NCBI GenBank assembly: GCA_945861415.1
Contig: CAMAUV010000001.1
Location: 121,194 to 185,193 of the forward strand
Direction: 5' to 3'
DNA: 64,000 nucleotides
Origin: Akkermansia muciniphila
GTDB taxonomy: Bacteria > Verrucomicrobiota > Verrucomicrobiia > Verrucomicrobiales > V1-33
Each line of letters begins with the position of its first letter. Positions within the stretch are counted from its first letter, which is position 1. The position numbers and the translations under genes are program-made. The notes beneath the pieces were generated by a model. It searched no databases. It was not told where the DNA came from and was given only the letters and a program-made list of their open reading frames with translations. This document shows positions 28,401-35,780 of the stretch, piece by piece.

Positions 28401-29640
28401 AAATCCCTACTGGGACGGCACTAACCTGCATCTTTTCCGCGCCCCCGCCACGGGCAATCTCGAGCACTTTACCATCGACCCCATTACTGGCGACGCGATA
28501 GCGCACCGGGATGTTGAGGCGAGGCCGCCGGGCGAAACCCCCACGGCCATCCGCGAACTCGAAGACGGCACCTACGAAATTCGCTTCGCACCCGCCACGG
28601 CCCGGTATTTCCGCGTCACCACGCTCTCCAGTTCCGGCGGGGTGGGGGACTTTGCCTCCGCTGCCGAGTTTTACCTGCTCGGTCCGGATGGCCAGCGCCT
28701 GCCGCGCGACCAGTGGACCGTAACCGCCGCTCACGAACCCAACGCCGGCCTCAGAGCCAAGCCCCGCAATACCATTGATGGCAATCCGGATTCATGGTGG
28801 CACTCCCAGTGGACCAATGGCCAGACGCCGCACCCGCACTACTTCCTTATCGACCTCGGCACCGCCCAGAACATTGCCGGATTTCAATACCTGCCGGCAA
28901 AAATTATCAACAACAACGGGCTGATCGCCGAATTCGAACTCCACGTGAGCCAAGACAAAACGGCGTGGGGCGCGCCAGTCAGCAAAGGAAGTTTTTCCGA
29001 AAACATCAGAGTCAGAACTCTCGAGACCATGGCCTCTGTCCCTTCCTTTTTCGAGGTGCGCCGCCAGCACCGCCAAGTCCCGTCCGTCTATCGCTACGGC
29101 CTCACCGGCGACGCCGTTCCCGTGCAGGGAATCGGCAGTATCCTGCGCGTCGAAGGGCCTTACGCTCTCCTCTCCACCCGCGATAAACTCGACGCCCCGG
29201 AAACCCTCACGGTGCGCCGCGCCGACGACCCAGCCTACGTCTTCCCGCTCCCGATCAAACACGACCGGCATGGCCAGCTCCTCTTCGTCGGCGACTACGC
29301 CATCACCCATCAGGGCAAACTCGAAATCGTCGACTTGAAATCCAAGCGCCAGGTAGCCGTCCCCGGGGACGAAAAAGCCCCCATCCACCAGGGAGGTTTC
29401 CTCTGCCGCCTCGGCGCGGATCGTTTGCTCAAAATCGTCAACCATGAGGGGAAGCAACTCGCCTTCACCATCGACCTCCAGAGCGGCACCGTGAGCGATG
29501 GCGTCCTGGCAAACCAGACCGAACCAATCAACGAAAACCGCTACGCCCGACCCGGCGGCCAAAACCTCGCATTGACCTTCGACCAAACCTTCCTCGTCTG
29601 CGACAACTCCGCCATCAGCGCATGGGTCGCCGCACCATAG
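25453..29640 (+). CDS. Giant exported protein, paralogue 2: same architecture as paralogue 1 plus an inserted F5/8 type C (discoidin)-like module
   Basis: The signal peptide is MKSPILLTLALFLGALPAPA. It is collinear with paralogue 1 from the N-terminus (PPTDxRW..AEHPGDLDLAAACY) to the C-terminus (I(S/T)AWVAA). The insert TIDGNPDSWWHSQW...HYFLIDLG..IAGFQYLPA...IAEFELHVSQDKTAWG fits the discoidin consensus. Confidence 0.85.
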   Translation: MKSPILLTLALFLGALPAPANPPTDDARWANALKAYGKGQREQGHRLLAALTAEHPGDLDLAAACYGKILASENLPSVKTPVLTDRPWITLGTERLLALERLGAHSANTSIFRSAAAAASQHEVAKNRYLDAHETISRLRSENDHDLFWRMIEVRILRSMGLPEAEARVSELRRDYDPDHSDPDKRADWEWIATEITPPGGPPLVGRPAGARPPLRLPVTVPVAPTGSPISLLAPEDPEGRWRVITEPSPKGGVGAVDRFLGYAYAAAEGVPWSGGRGLLDSSRAIDLHLLSKPAAELEALRQEQEKQFSREAQTAARSEAGILKASRRFPWSRSAQALLLKLAGEALWDGRSESAWRSFQEVLVHTTDPALREAAQTGLWTAQALSGGAAEVLAQPAAFEPGKTYQWMGRQAKGEEIRAALQATVRPATSVAAPALSAVRPRVLQLPPVAPWTMSVGFSVDLQVVGNRVVASARNVIAAYDAANPGAPLWTHSQQRSTANSHWPCYYRSLIEESTIFTRWSVTDLPSGLAAFDLASGDPLWTALSEIPRPKRFSPVKKQPVRFSVPAGDPIRADGQLFYLQWDSIHELHSKQGTNVNLVCFDPGTGEPRWTTTVNDHRFAGDFRGPTAAIYGNSVTAHRGAVYSCTNTGQIVRSDVRDGRIEWSHNYRHHPTNAEFLGTAPIVAGSNVICLPRDSGIVIALDQRTGFPVWENPLIRAAEALGIWQDTLVLRGVATLAGLDLATGKTRWSRNLTGRTLDRSQLIADSIYLGEADSLLRLDARTGELLETRPWALQSERALTFTLAGQDLYVVSDRPADDPRQKTGQPLGPELASSPLPFKLPMQRAWSLSRPEATLAVPPAGVSPGTAYVISDGLIECLDVVKRGAIRWRRFLNASGPAVFFAGDTLILREKEVPHLPSARVLAIDSKTGVTLWEAPVPINHQHVFHFGTRLLFHDGREKLVALDLATGQRAWQTTLITAHTQNPYWDGTNLHLFRAPATGNLEHFTIDPITGDAIAHRDVEARPPGETPTAIRELEDGTYEIRFAPATARYFRVTTLSSSGGVGDFASAAEFYLLGPDGQRLPRDQWTVTAAHEPNAGLRAKPRNTIDGNPDSWWHSQWTNGQTPHPHYFLIDLGTAQNIAGFQYLPAKIINNNGLIAEFELHVSQDKTAWGAPVSKGSFSENIRVRTLETMASVPSFFEVRRQHRQVPSVYRYGLTGDAVPVQGIGSILRVEGPYALLSTRDKLDAPETLTVRRADDPAYVFPLPIKHDRHGQLLFVGDYAITHQGKLEIVDLKSKRQVAVPGDEKAPIHQGGFLCRLGADRLLKIVNHEGKQLAFTIDLQSGTVSDGVLANQTEPINENRYARPGGQNLALTFDQTFLVCDNSAISAWVAAP

Positions 29641-29718
29641 TGGTGTTGCCACATCAGTCGCCACCAACTCAATTCCCTCCAACTCTCCATCAATCAAACC
29701 GGATCATCATCAGCCACC

Positions 29719-32502
29719 ATGAAAGCACCCTCGCTCATCACTCTCTTCCTCGCCCTGTTCCTCGCGGTCTCCGCTGCGGCGCCTGCCGATGGCCCTATCC
29801 GTGTGCTTTTTCTCGGTCACGAGAGCAAACACCACCCCAGCGGCGATTATGCTCCCATCCTGATGAAGGAGTTCGGCCGTGACGGGATCTACTTCGACTA
29901 CTACACCAAACCCGACTGCCTGAACGCCGACACGCTCAGTCACTACGACGCCCTGATGCTCTACGCCAATCACGGCCATATCAAGCTTGAGCAGCTCGCG
30001 GCGCTGACAAATTTCATCGAAAGCGGGCACGGTTTCCTGCCGATCCATTGCGCCAGTGCCTGCTTTGGAAACAGCCCGCAGTTCATCGCGCTGGTCGGCG
30101 GCCGTTTCAAATCTCATGGCGACGGGGTCTTCAAAGCTACGATCGTAGACAAGGAACACCCGATCATGCAGGGGATAAACGAGTACGAGACGTGGGACGA
30201 AACCTACGTGCATGACCAGTTGAACGAGACCGGCCGAAAGATGCTGGCCATCCGTGTGGAGGGCGAACACAAGGAACCATGGACCTGGGTGCGCGAGCAG
30301 GGCAAAGGCCGCGTCTTTTACACGGCCAGCGGCCACGACGACAAGACGTGGAAGAATCCCGATTTTCAGAAAATGCTCCGCAACGCCATCGTCTGGTCAG
30401 TCGGAGACAAGGCGAAGGCCAGGTGGGAGGCGTTTCTGGCGCAGCGCGAGCCGGAGAAGCGCGAGGTGAGTCCGCACGTGGCCAACTACGAGAAACGGCC
30501 CGAGCCACTGACCTTCCAGCAACCGATGACGGTGAAGGGCAGCATGGAGCGGACGCAAGTTCCCGCGGATATGATGCTGCAGCTCTTTGCCAGCGAACCG
30601 GAAATCCGCAAGCCGATCGCGTTTACCTGGGATGAACGCGGGCGGCTCTGGGTTTGCGAAACGAGCGACTATCCCCACGGCGCGAAACCTGATGACGGCC
30701 TTGGGAGTGACAGCGTCCGCATCTGCGAGGACACGAACGGAGATGGCAAGGCGGATAAGTTCACGGTCTTTGCCGACAAGCTGAATATCCCGACAGGCTT
30801 GGTCTTCGCGAGCGGGGGAATCATCGTCAGCCAGCCGCCACGCTTCCTTTTCCTCAAGGATACGGATGGCGACGACAAGGCGGATGTGCGGCAGGAAATC
30901 ATGACCGGCTGGGGCATTGGCGACACTCACGCGCAAGCCAGCAGCCTGCACTATGGCTACGACAACTGGCTCTACGGCTGCGTGGGTTACTCGGGTTACA
31001 GAGGGAAGGTCGGCGATGTGGAGAAGCGCTTCGGCATGGGCACCTACCGCTTCAAAGCCGATGGGAGCGCACTGGAGTTTCTGCATCAGTTCACCAATAA
31101 CTCATGGGCTCACGGCATGAACGCCGCCGGGGATCAATTCGGCGGCACCGCCAACGGCGCGCCGATCTTTTACGGCGGCATCCCGGCGACGATTTTGCCG
31201 CCCGGCGTCAAGGGCATGACCGCGAAGAAAATCAACATCGTTGGTGCCGCGCATACCGTCACTCCAAACTATCGCCAGGTGGACGCGATGGGTGGCTACA
31301 CGGCGGCCGCGGGAAGCGCCTTTACCTACAGCGCGAACCTGCCGCCCAGAATGCAGGGCATGTCTCTGGTCACCGAGCCGACGATGAAGCTGGTCGCCCT
31401 CATGGACGTGCGCCCCAGTGGCGCTGGCTACGCCGCCCATGACGGGTTCAATATTCTGGCGAGCAGCGATGAATGGCTGTCGCCGGTTTTCGCCGAGGTC
31501 GGCCCGGACGGCGCAGTCTGGATCGCAGATTTCCAGAATTTCATCATCCAGCACAACCCCACACCCAGTGCCGGGCGCGGTGGCTACGACGCCAAAACGG
31601 GGCCCGGTGGCGCGCACGAGAATCCGCTGCGCGATCACGAGCGCGGTCGCATTTACCGCATCGTGTGGAAGAACGCGAAGGCTCCCGCCCTCGCCAGCCT
31701 CAAAGGTGCGTCGCCCGATGACCTCGTGAAGGCGCTGGGCAACGACAACCAGTTCTGGCGGCTCAAAGCCCAGCAGATGCTGGTCGAGGGCAAGTTGGCG
31801 ACTGCGGCGGATTCCTTGAAGAAAACTGTCATCGCCAACGATCCTAGCATCGCCGCCATCCACGCTCTCTGGACATTGCACGGGCTGGGTCAGCTCGACG
31901 AAGCCACCCACCGGATCGCTCTGTCGGCAAAGAGTCCGGAGTTGCGCCGCAACGCCATCCGGGCGCTGGATTCCGACGCCAAAGCGCAGGCTCTGCTCTT
32001 CGGATCGGGCACCATCAGCGACGCCAATTTGATCACCCGTCTGGCGGCCTACGTGAAACTGGCCCAATTCCCGACCACGCCGGAACTCACCACCCTCGCC
32101 TCCCGCCTCGGCACCGATCCGGACGTGGCGAAAGATGAGTGGCTCAAGGAAGCCGCCCGCATTCTCGGTCTGAAACACGGCGCCCCCGCAGCGGCTGCCC
32201 CCGAGGAGCCAGTAGCGGCCGGAGACACAAAGCGCGGCGAAGAGATATTCTTGAAGCATCCCACGGCCGCTTGCACCCTCTGCCATGCCCTCGGCGGCAA
32301 AGGCAGCACCGTGGGCCCGGCGCTAGATGGAATTGCCAAGCGCAAGGATGCTGCCTACCTCAAGGAAAGCCTGCTTGAACCAGGCAAGACACTCGCGGAA
32401 GGCTTCCAGCAATTGGGCGCATCCCCGATGCCTCCGATGGGCCTCATCCTGAAACCGCAGGAAATCGCCGACATCGAAGCCTTCCTGCAAACCTTGAAAT
32501 AA
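29719..32502 (+). CDS. ThuA-like domain + sGDH-like 'membrane-bound dehydrogenase' propeller + HEAT region + C-terminal cytochrome c domain (Pirellula/Verrucomicrobium type)
   Basis: It has a signal peptide. The ThuA hallmarks are GGRFKSHG and EQGKGRVFYTASGHD. The propeller segments include WDERGRLWVCETSDYPH and DTNGDGKADK. The C-terminal haem site is CTLCHALGGKGSTVGPALDG. Confidence 0.85.
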   Translation: MKAPSLITLFLALFLAVSAAAPADGPIRVLFLGHESKHHPSGDYAPILMKEFGRDGIYFDYYTKPDCLNADTLSHYDALMLYANHGHIKLEQLAALTNFIESGHGFLPIHCASACFGNSPQFIALVGGRFKSHGDGVFKATIVDKEHPIMQGINEYETWDETYVHDQLNETGRKMLAIRVEGEHKEPWTWVREQGKGRVFYTASGHDDKTWKNPDFQKMLRNAIVWSVGDKAKARWEAFLAQREPEKREVSPHVANYEKRPEPLTFQQPMTVKGSMERTQVPADMMLQLFASEPEIRKPIAFTWDERGRLWVCETSDYPHGAKPDDGLGSDSVRICEDTNGDGKADKFTVFADKLNIPTGLVFASGGIIVSQPPRFLFLKDTDGDDKADVRQEIMTGWGIGDTHAQASSLHYGYDNWLYGCVGYSGYRGKVGDVEKRFGMGTYRFKADGSALEFLHQFTNNSWAHGMNAAGDQFGGTANGAPIFYGGIPATILPPGVKGMTAKKINIVGAAHTVTPNYRQVDAMGGYTAAAGSAFTYSANLPPRMQGMSLVTEPTMKLVALMDVRPSGAGYAAHDGFNILASSDEWLSPVFAEVGPDGAVWIADFQNFIIQHNPTPSAGRGGYDAKTGPGGAHENPLRDHERGRIYRIVWKNAKAPALASLKGASPDDLVKALGNDNQFWRLKAQQMLVEGKLATAADSLKKTVIANDPSIAAIHALWTLHGLGQLDEATHRIALSAKSPELRRNAIRALDSDAKAQALLFGSGTISDANLITRLAAYVKLAQFPTTPELTTLASRLGTDPDVAKDEWLKEAARILGLKHGAPAAAAPEEPVAAGDTKRGEEIFLKHPTAACTLCHALGGKGSTVGPALDGIAKRKDAAYLKESLLEPGKTLAEGFQQLGASPMPPMGLILKPQEIADIEAFLQTLK

Positions 32503-32535
32503 CCAGCTTATCTCATCGTCGCTCTGCGCCCGATC

Positions 32536-33567
32536 ATGCTCATGAAACATACCAATTACACACTGATCCTGCTCGTCGCGATGCTGACGATGATTTGCAC
32601 CACCGTCACTCACGCAGTGGATGCCCCGCCTAAGGAAGGCCAGACGGTGACGACGGAAGGCAAGCTTGAAGCCAGCGTGGCCATCGGCGGCGAATCGACC
32701 GGCTGGATGCTCAAGAAAGGCAAGGGTGACAAAGCATCTTCCATCGACGTGGATATGAGCGCCATGGACAAGGCCGATACCTTCGACGGCAAACAGATCA
32801 CAATCACCGGCACCGTGTACCTGAAGAAATACGTGGAACGGGGCGAAGTCTGGATCCTCAAAGCCGCGGTGGTTAAAGCAGCGACCGCCAGCGCCGCCAA
32901 GCCCGTGCACCTGTTTATCCTCTCAGGTCAGTCGAACATGGCCGGGATGAAACCCGAAGCGGGATTCGTGCCGGAGGCGAGCAAGCTGTTCGCCGATGGC
33001 GAGGTCGTCTATGTGAAAGTAGCGAGCGGCGGCGTGCCGATCCGTCTGTGGGTCGAATCGTGGAACGAGATCGCCAAAAAGCACGGACTCACTGCGATGT
33101 CGGATGGCGCTAAGTACTACAAGCCTATCCTAGAACAGGTCGCAGCCAAGCTCAACGGCCGCACCCTTAGCACGATCACGTTCTGCTGGATGCAGGGTGA
33201 ACGGGACGCTAGAGAAGGACTCCAAGCCGCACACGAAGACGCACTAAAGCAGCTTATTTCCGGCCTTCGTCGGGACCTCCGGCATCCAGAGATGAATTTC
33301 GTGATCGGCCGCCTCAGCGACTTCGATAATCCAGGCTACTCCGGCTGGCAGTCTGTGCGGGAAACACAGGTGAAGGTCGCCAATGGGGACCCTCGTGGAG
33401 CCTGGGTGGACTGCGATGACTTGAACAACCTGACCAAAGACGACAAAACAACGAACGACCTGCACTACACCGCCGACGGTTACAAGGTGCTGGGCGAGCG
33501 CTTCGCCCGGCAGGCCAAACTGATCATCGACGGCAAAAAGCCAGCAGCGGACGGCCGCCCGCAGTGA
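32536..33567 (+). CDS. Sialate O-acetylesterase-like (SASA/DUF303, SGNH-related) carbohydrate esterase with an extra N-terminal domain
   Basis: The motif HLFILSGQSNMAGM is the GQSNM signature of the SASA family. It has an N-terminal signal/anchor and an unassigned domain of about 100 aa. Confidence 0.8.
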   Translation: MLMKHTNYTLILLVAMLTMICTTVTHAVDAPPKEGQTVTTEGKLEASVAIGGESTGWMLKKGKGDKASSIDVDMSAMDKADTFDGKQITITGTVYLKKYVERGEVWILKAAVVKAATASAAKPVHLFILSGQSNMAGMKPEAGFVPEASKLFADGEVVYVKVASGGVPIRLWVESWNEIAKKHGLTAMSDGAKYYKPILEQVAAKLNGRTLSTITFCWMQGERDAREGLQAAHEDALKQLISGLRRDLRHPEMNFVIGRLSDFDNPGYSGWQSVRETQVKVANGDPRGAWVDCDDLNNLTKDDKTTNDLHYTADGYKVLGERFARQAKLIIDGKKPAADGRPQ

Positions 33568-33617
33568 CAGACACGCCACGGCGGGACACCGAAGCAGGTT
33601 GGGGAGACCTTACCACC

Positions 33618-34406
33618 ATGAACCAAAAGCTTAAAACAATCATGAAACCACTGAATATACTGCGCTCTGTCCTACTGACATTCCTTAGTCTGACGGCCCC
33701 CGCCCTTGACGCCGCCGAGCCTGCCGCGGAGGCCAAGCCCGCGGCACAAGGAAAGCACGCCTCCTCAATTCCCGCCCCCCGCGTTGAAAAGTGGTGGTTT
33801 GCTCTTCAGGCGGAAAGGATCGGCGATATGGCGGAGAAGGACATCGACCTGCTGATGATCGGCGACTCAATCACCCACGGTTTCGACTCCGTGGGCGCCA
33901 AATACTGGAAGGAAGTTTTTGAGCCACGGAAGGCGCTCAACCTCGGGGCCGGTGGCGATCTCACCCAGCATGTCCTCTGGCGGCTAGAGCATTTGCCAAA
34001 ACCCAAGAAGGACCCGAAAGGCGCCGTCCTCCTCATCGGCACGAATAACATCGGCTGGGGCAGCGACACCCCGAAACAGGCCGCCGACGGGATCCAGACC
34101 ATCGTCCAAAAACTACAGCAGCTCTATCCCACGACCAGAATTCTCGTCCTCGCCGTCTTTCCCAGAAGAGTTAATCCAGACCATCCGCACCGCAAACAAA
34201 TAAACGAGATTAACTCCCTTCTTCCCGACCTGCTCAAGGACTTGAAAAATGTCAGCCTACTGGACATCGGCCCGAAGTTTCTCGACGAAAAGGGCATCCT
34301 CGCTAAAGAGATCGCGCCGGACACGACCCATCTGAGCGAAAAAGGCTTTGAAATCTGGACGAGGGCTCTCGAACCGGAACTGAAGAAACTGCTGGGGGAG
34401 CAGTAA
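33618..34406 (+). CDS. GDSL/SGNH hydrolase (lipase/acylhydrolase family)
   Basis: It has block I LLMIGDSITHGF, block III LLIGTNNIG and a C-terminal DTTHLSEKG (DxxH). I prefer the start at ATG 33618, which gives the signal peptide MNQKLKTIMKPLNILRSVLLTFLSLTAPALDA, to the GTG at 33564. Confidence 0.82.
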   Translation: MNQKLKTIMKPLNILRSVLLTFLSLTAPALDAAEPAAEAKPAAQGKHASSIPAPRVEKWWFALQAERIGDMAEKDIDLLMIGDSITHGFDSVGAKYWKEVFEPRKALNLGAGGDLTQHVLWRLEHLPKPKKDPKGAVLLIGTNNIGWGSDTPKQAADGIQTIVQKLQQLYPTTRILVLAVFPRRVNPDHPHRKQINEINSLLPDLLKDLKNVSLLDIGPKFLDEKGILAKEIAPDTTHLSEKGFEIWTRALEPELKKLLGEQ

Positions 34407-34534
34407 CGAACATCAGACCGATGCAAGGCGTCAGCTTGGTGACTGTTTTCCTCGGCCGCTTGCGGGTAAATGGCAGGGCGGATCTCGTATTGAACGTTAC
34501 TTTCTCCCAGCCACATCCAACATAATAGCATTGA

Positions 34535-35416
34535 ATGAATTCCTTTTTTCTAATTACAGCCTTTCTTTTAATCAGCTTTTCCACTTCAACGATGGGGGCG
34601 GATTCGTTCTCCCCGAATGAAATCGAAAAGATTCTGAGTAGCACCCGCCAAGCTGATGCCAAGATTTCTGCGCCGCGTTCGATTCTCGTCTGTTGGTCAA
34701 AGCCGGACCACGGTAAAGGCATCCATGCCTACCAAGAGTTTGCCGAAATGATGAACGGGTTACTGAACAAGGTAAATAAAATTGAAGCCAAAGCGGTAGA
34801 AGGATTTCCTTCATCCGAGCAATGGGCCAAGGCCGATCTTGTGATTTTTTATCTCACGCAGAACCAACTTTCGGACGCAGAATATACTTTACTCGATTCT
34901 CACCTAAGACAAGGCAAATCAGTGATCGTGCTGCACCAGGGATTGGTTCAACAAAAAAACATTGATCGGTGGGCGAACCGCATCGGCTACGCTTATTCCT
35001 GGGACAAGGCCGACGAATCCAAATGGGGGCCAATGGACGGGACCATCACTTTGGATGCTTCCCACCAGATCTTTTCCGGCTTTCCTGCAAGCTTTCGTCT
35101 CAAGGACGAACTCTATTGGAATCTTAAAAAAGGTGACCGAGGGAAGATCACTATCTTGGGCGAGACCGGAACGCCAGGCGATGCCAAATCTGAGAAAATA
35201 TGGCCAGTGTTTTGGACCGTGGAGCATCCGGCGCAGGGCGGGGCCGAAGAGGCCCGGGTGTTCTGCTCGGTTGTCGGACACATTGATGATCTCCACGATG
35301 CGCCTTACTTTCGAACGATTCTCTTGCGTGCTGTCTCGTGGTGTCTGCGCGAACCATTTTCCACGTTCGAGACGCTGGTCACAGATGGAATTTCGATTCA
35401 TAAACCGAAGCAGTAG
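34535..35416 (+). CDS. ThuA-like domain protein (AT-rich compositional outlier)
   Basis: It has a signal peptide. The motifs ILVCWSKPDHGKGIHAY, DLVIFYL, GKSVIVLHQG, WPVFWTVEH and FCSVVGH resemble the ThuA family. Sampled 60-nt lines within it have 42-47% GC. Confidence 0.75.
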   Translation: MNSFFLITAFLLISFSTSTMGADSFSPNEIEKILSSTRQADAKISAPRSILVCWSKPDHGKGIHAYQEFAEMMNGLLNKVNKIEAKAVEGFPSSEQWAKADLVIFYLTQNQLSDAEYTLLDSHLRQGKSVIVLHQGLVQQKNIDRWANRIGYAYSWDKADESKWGPMDGTITLDASHQIFSGFPASFRLKDELYWNLKKGDRGKITILGETGTPGDAKSEKIWPVFWTVEHPAQGGAEEARVFCSVVGHIDDLHDAPYFRTILLRAVSWCLREPFSTFETLVTDGISIHKPKQ

Positions 35417-35589
35417 ATTCCTATCTTCGAATGTCGAGGCTGTGCCCTAACTGCCGTGTGCCTGACTCGCTGAAATGAGATGAGCATGAGAACGAACCCC
35501 CCGACTGAACTCAAGGCTCTCCAGCCCACGAAGCCCGGCAGCGGGTCTCGGCTAGTCGTCGCAGGCGAACTGGAGCAGTAGTTGAACGA

Positions 35590-35780
35590 TGCGCCTCTTG
35601 AGCCCGCGGTGCTCGCTCCGCCGAAAGTGTTACCACTGGTGACACAATTGCTTCCCGCCGCCGATAGCGTGTTCAAGGACACCTACCTGCTCGATTTTCT
35701 CGATTGCCGGAGGGCTATTTCGAAGATGATCTTCGACTCTGGCTCGTGAGCAACCTCAAGCGGTTCCAAATCCAATTCCA
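35590..35780 (+). pseudogene. Relic of a YhcG/DUF1016-type PDDEXK nuclease gene (about 60 codons, frameshifted, both ends missing)
   Basis: Translation gives ...VFKDTYLLDFLD, then a frame shift near 35712, then LPEGYFEDDLRLWLVSNLKRFQI. This matches the conserved KDPYvLeFLgL..(Y)sE.dLe..L...l..FLlELG block that I recall from DUF1016 proteins. There is no upstream or downstream remainder. Confidence 0.45.
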
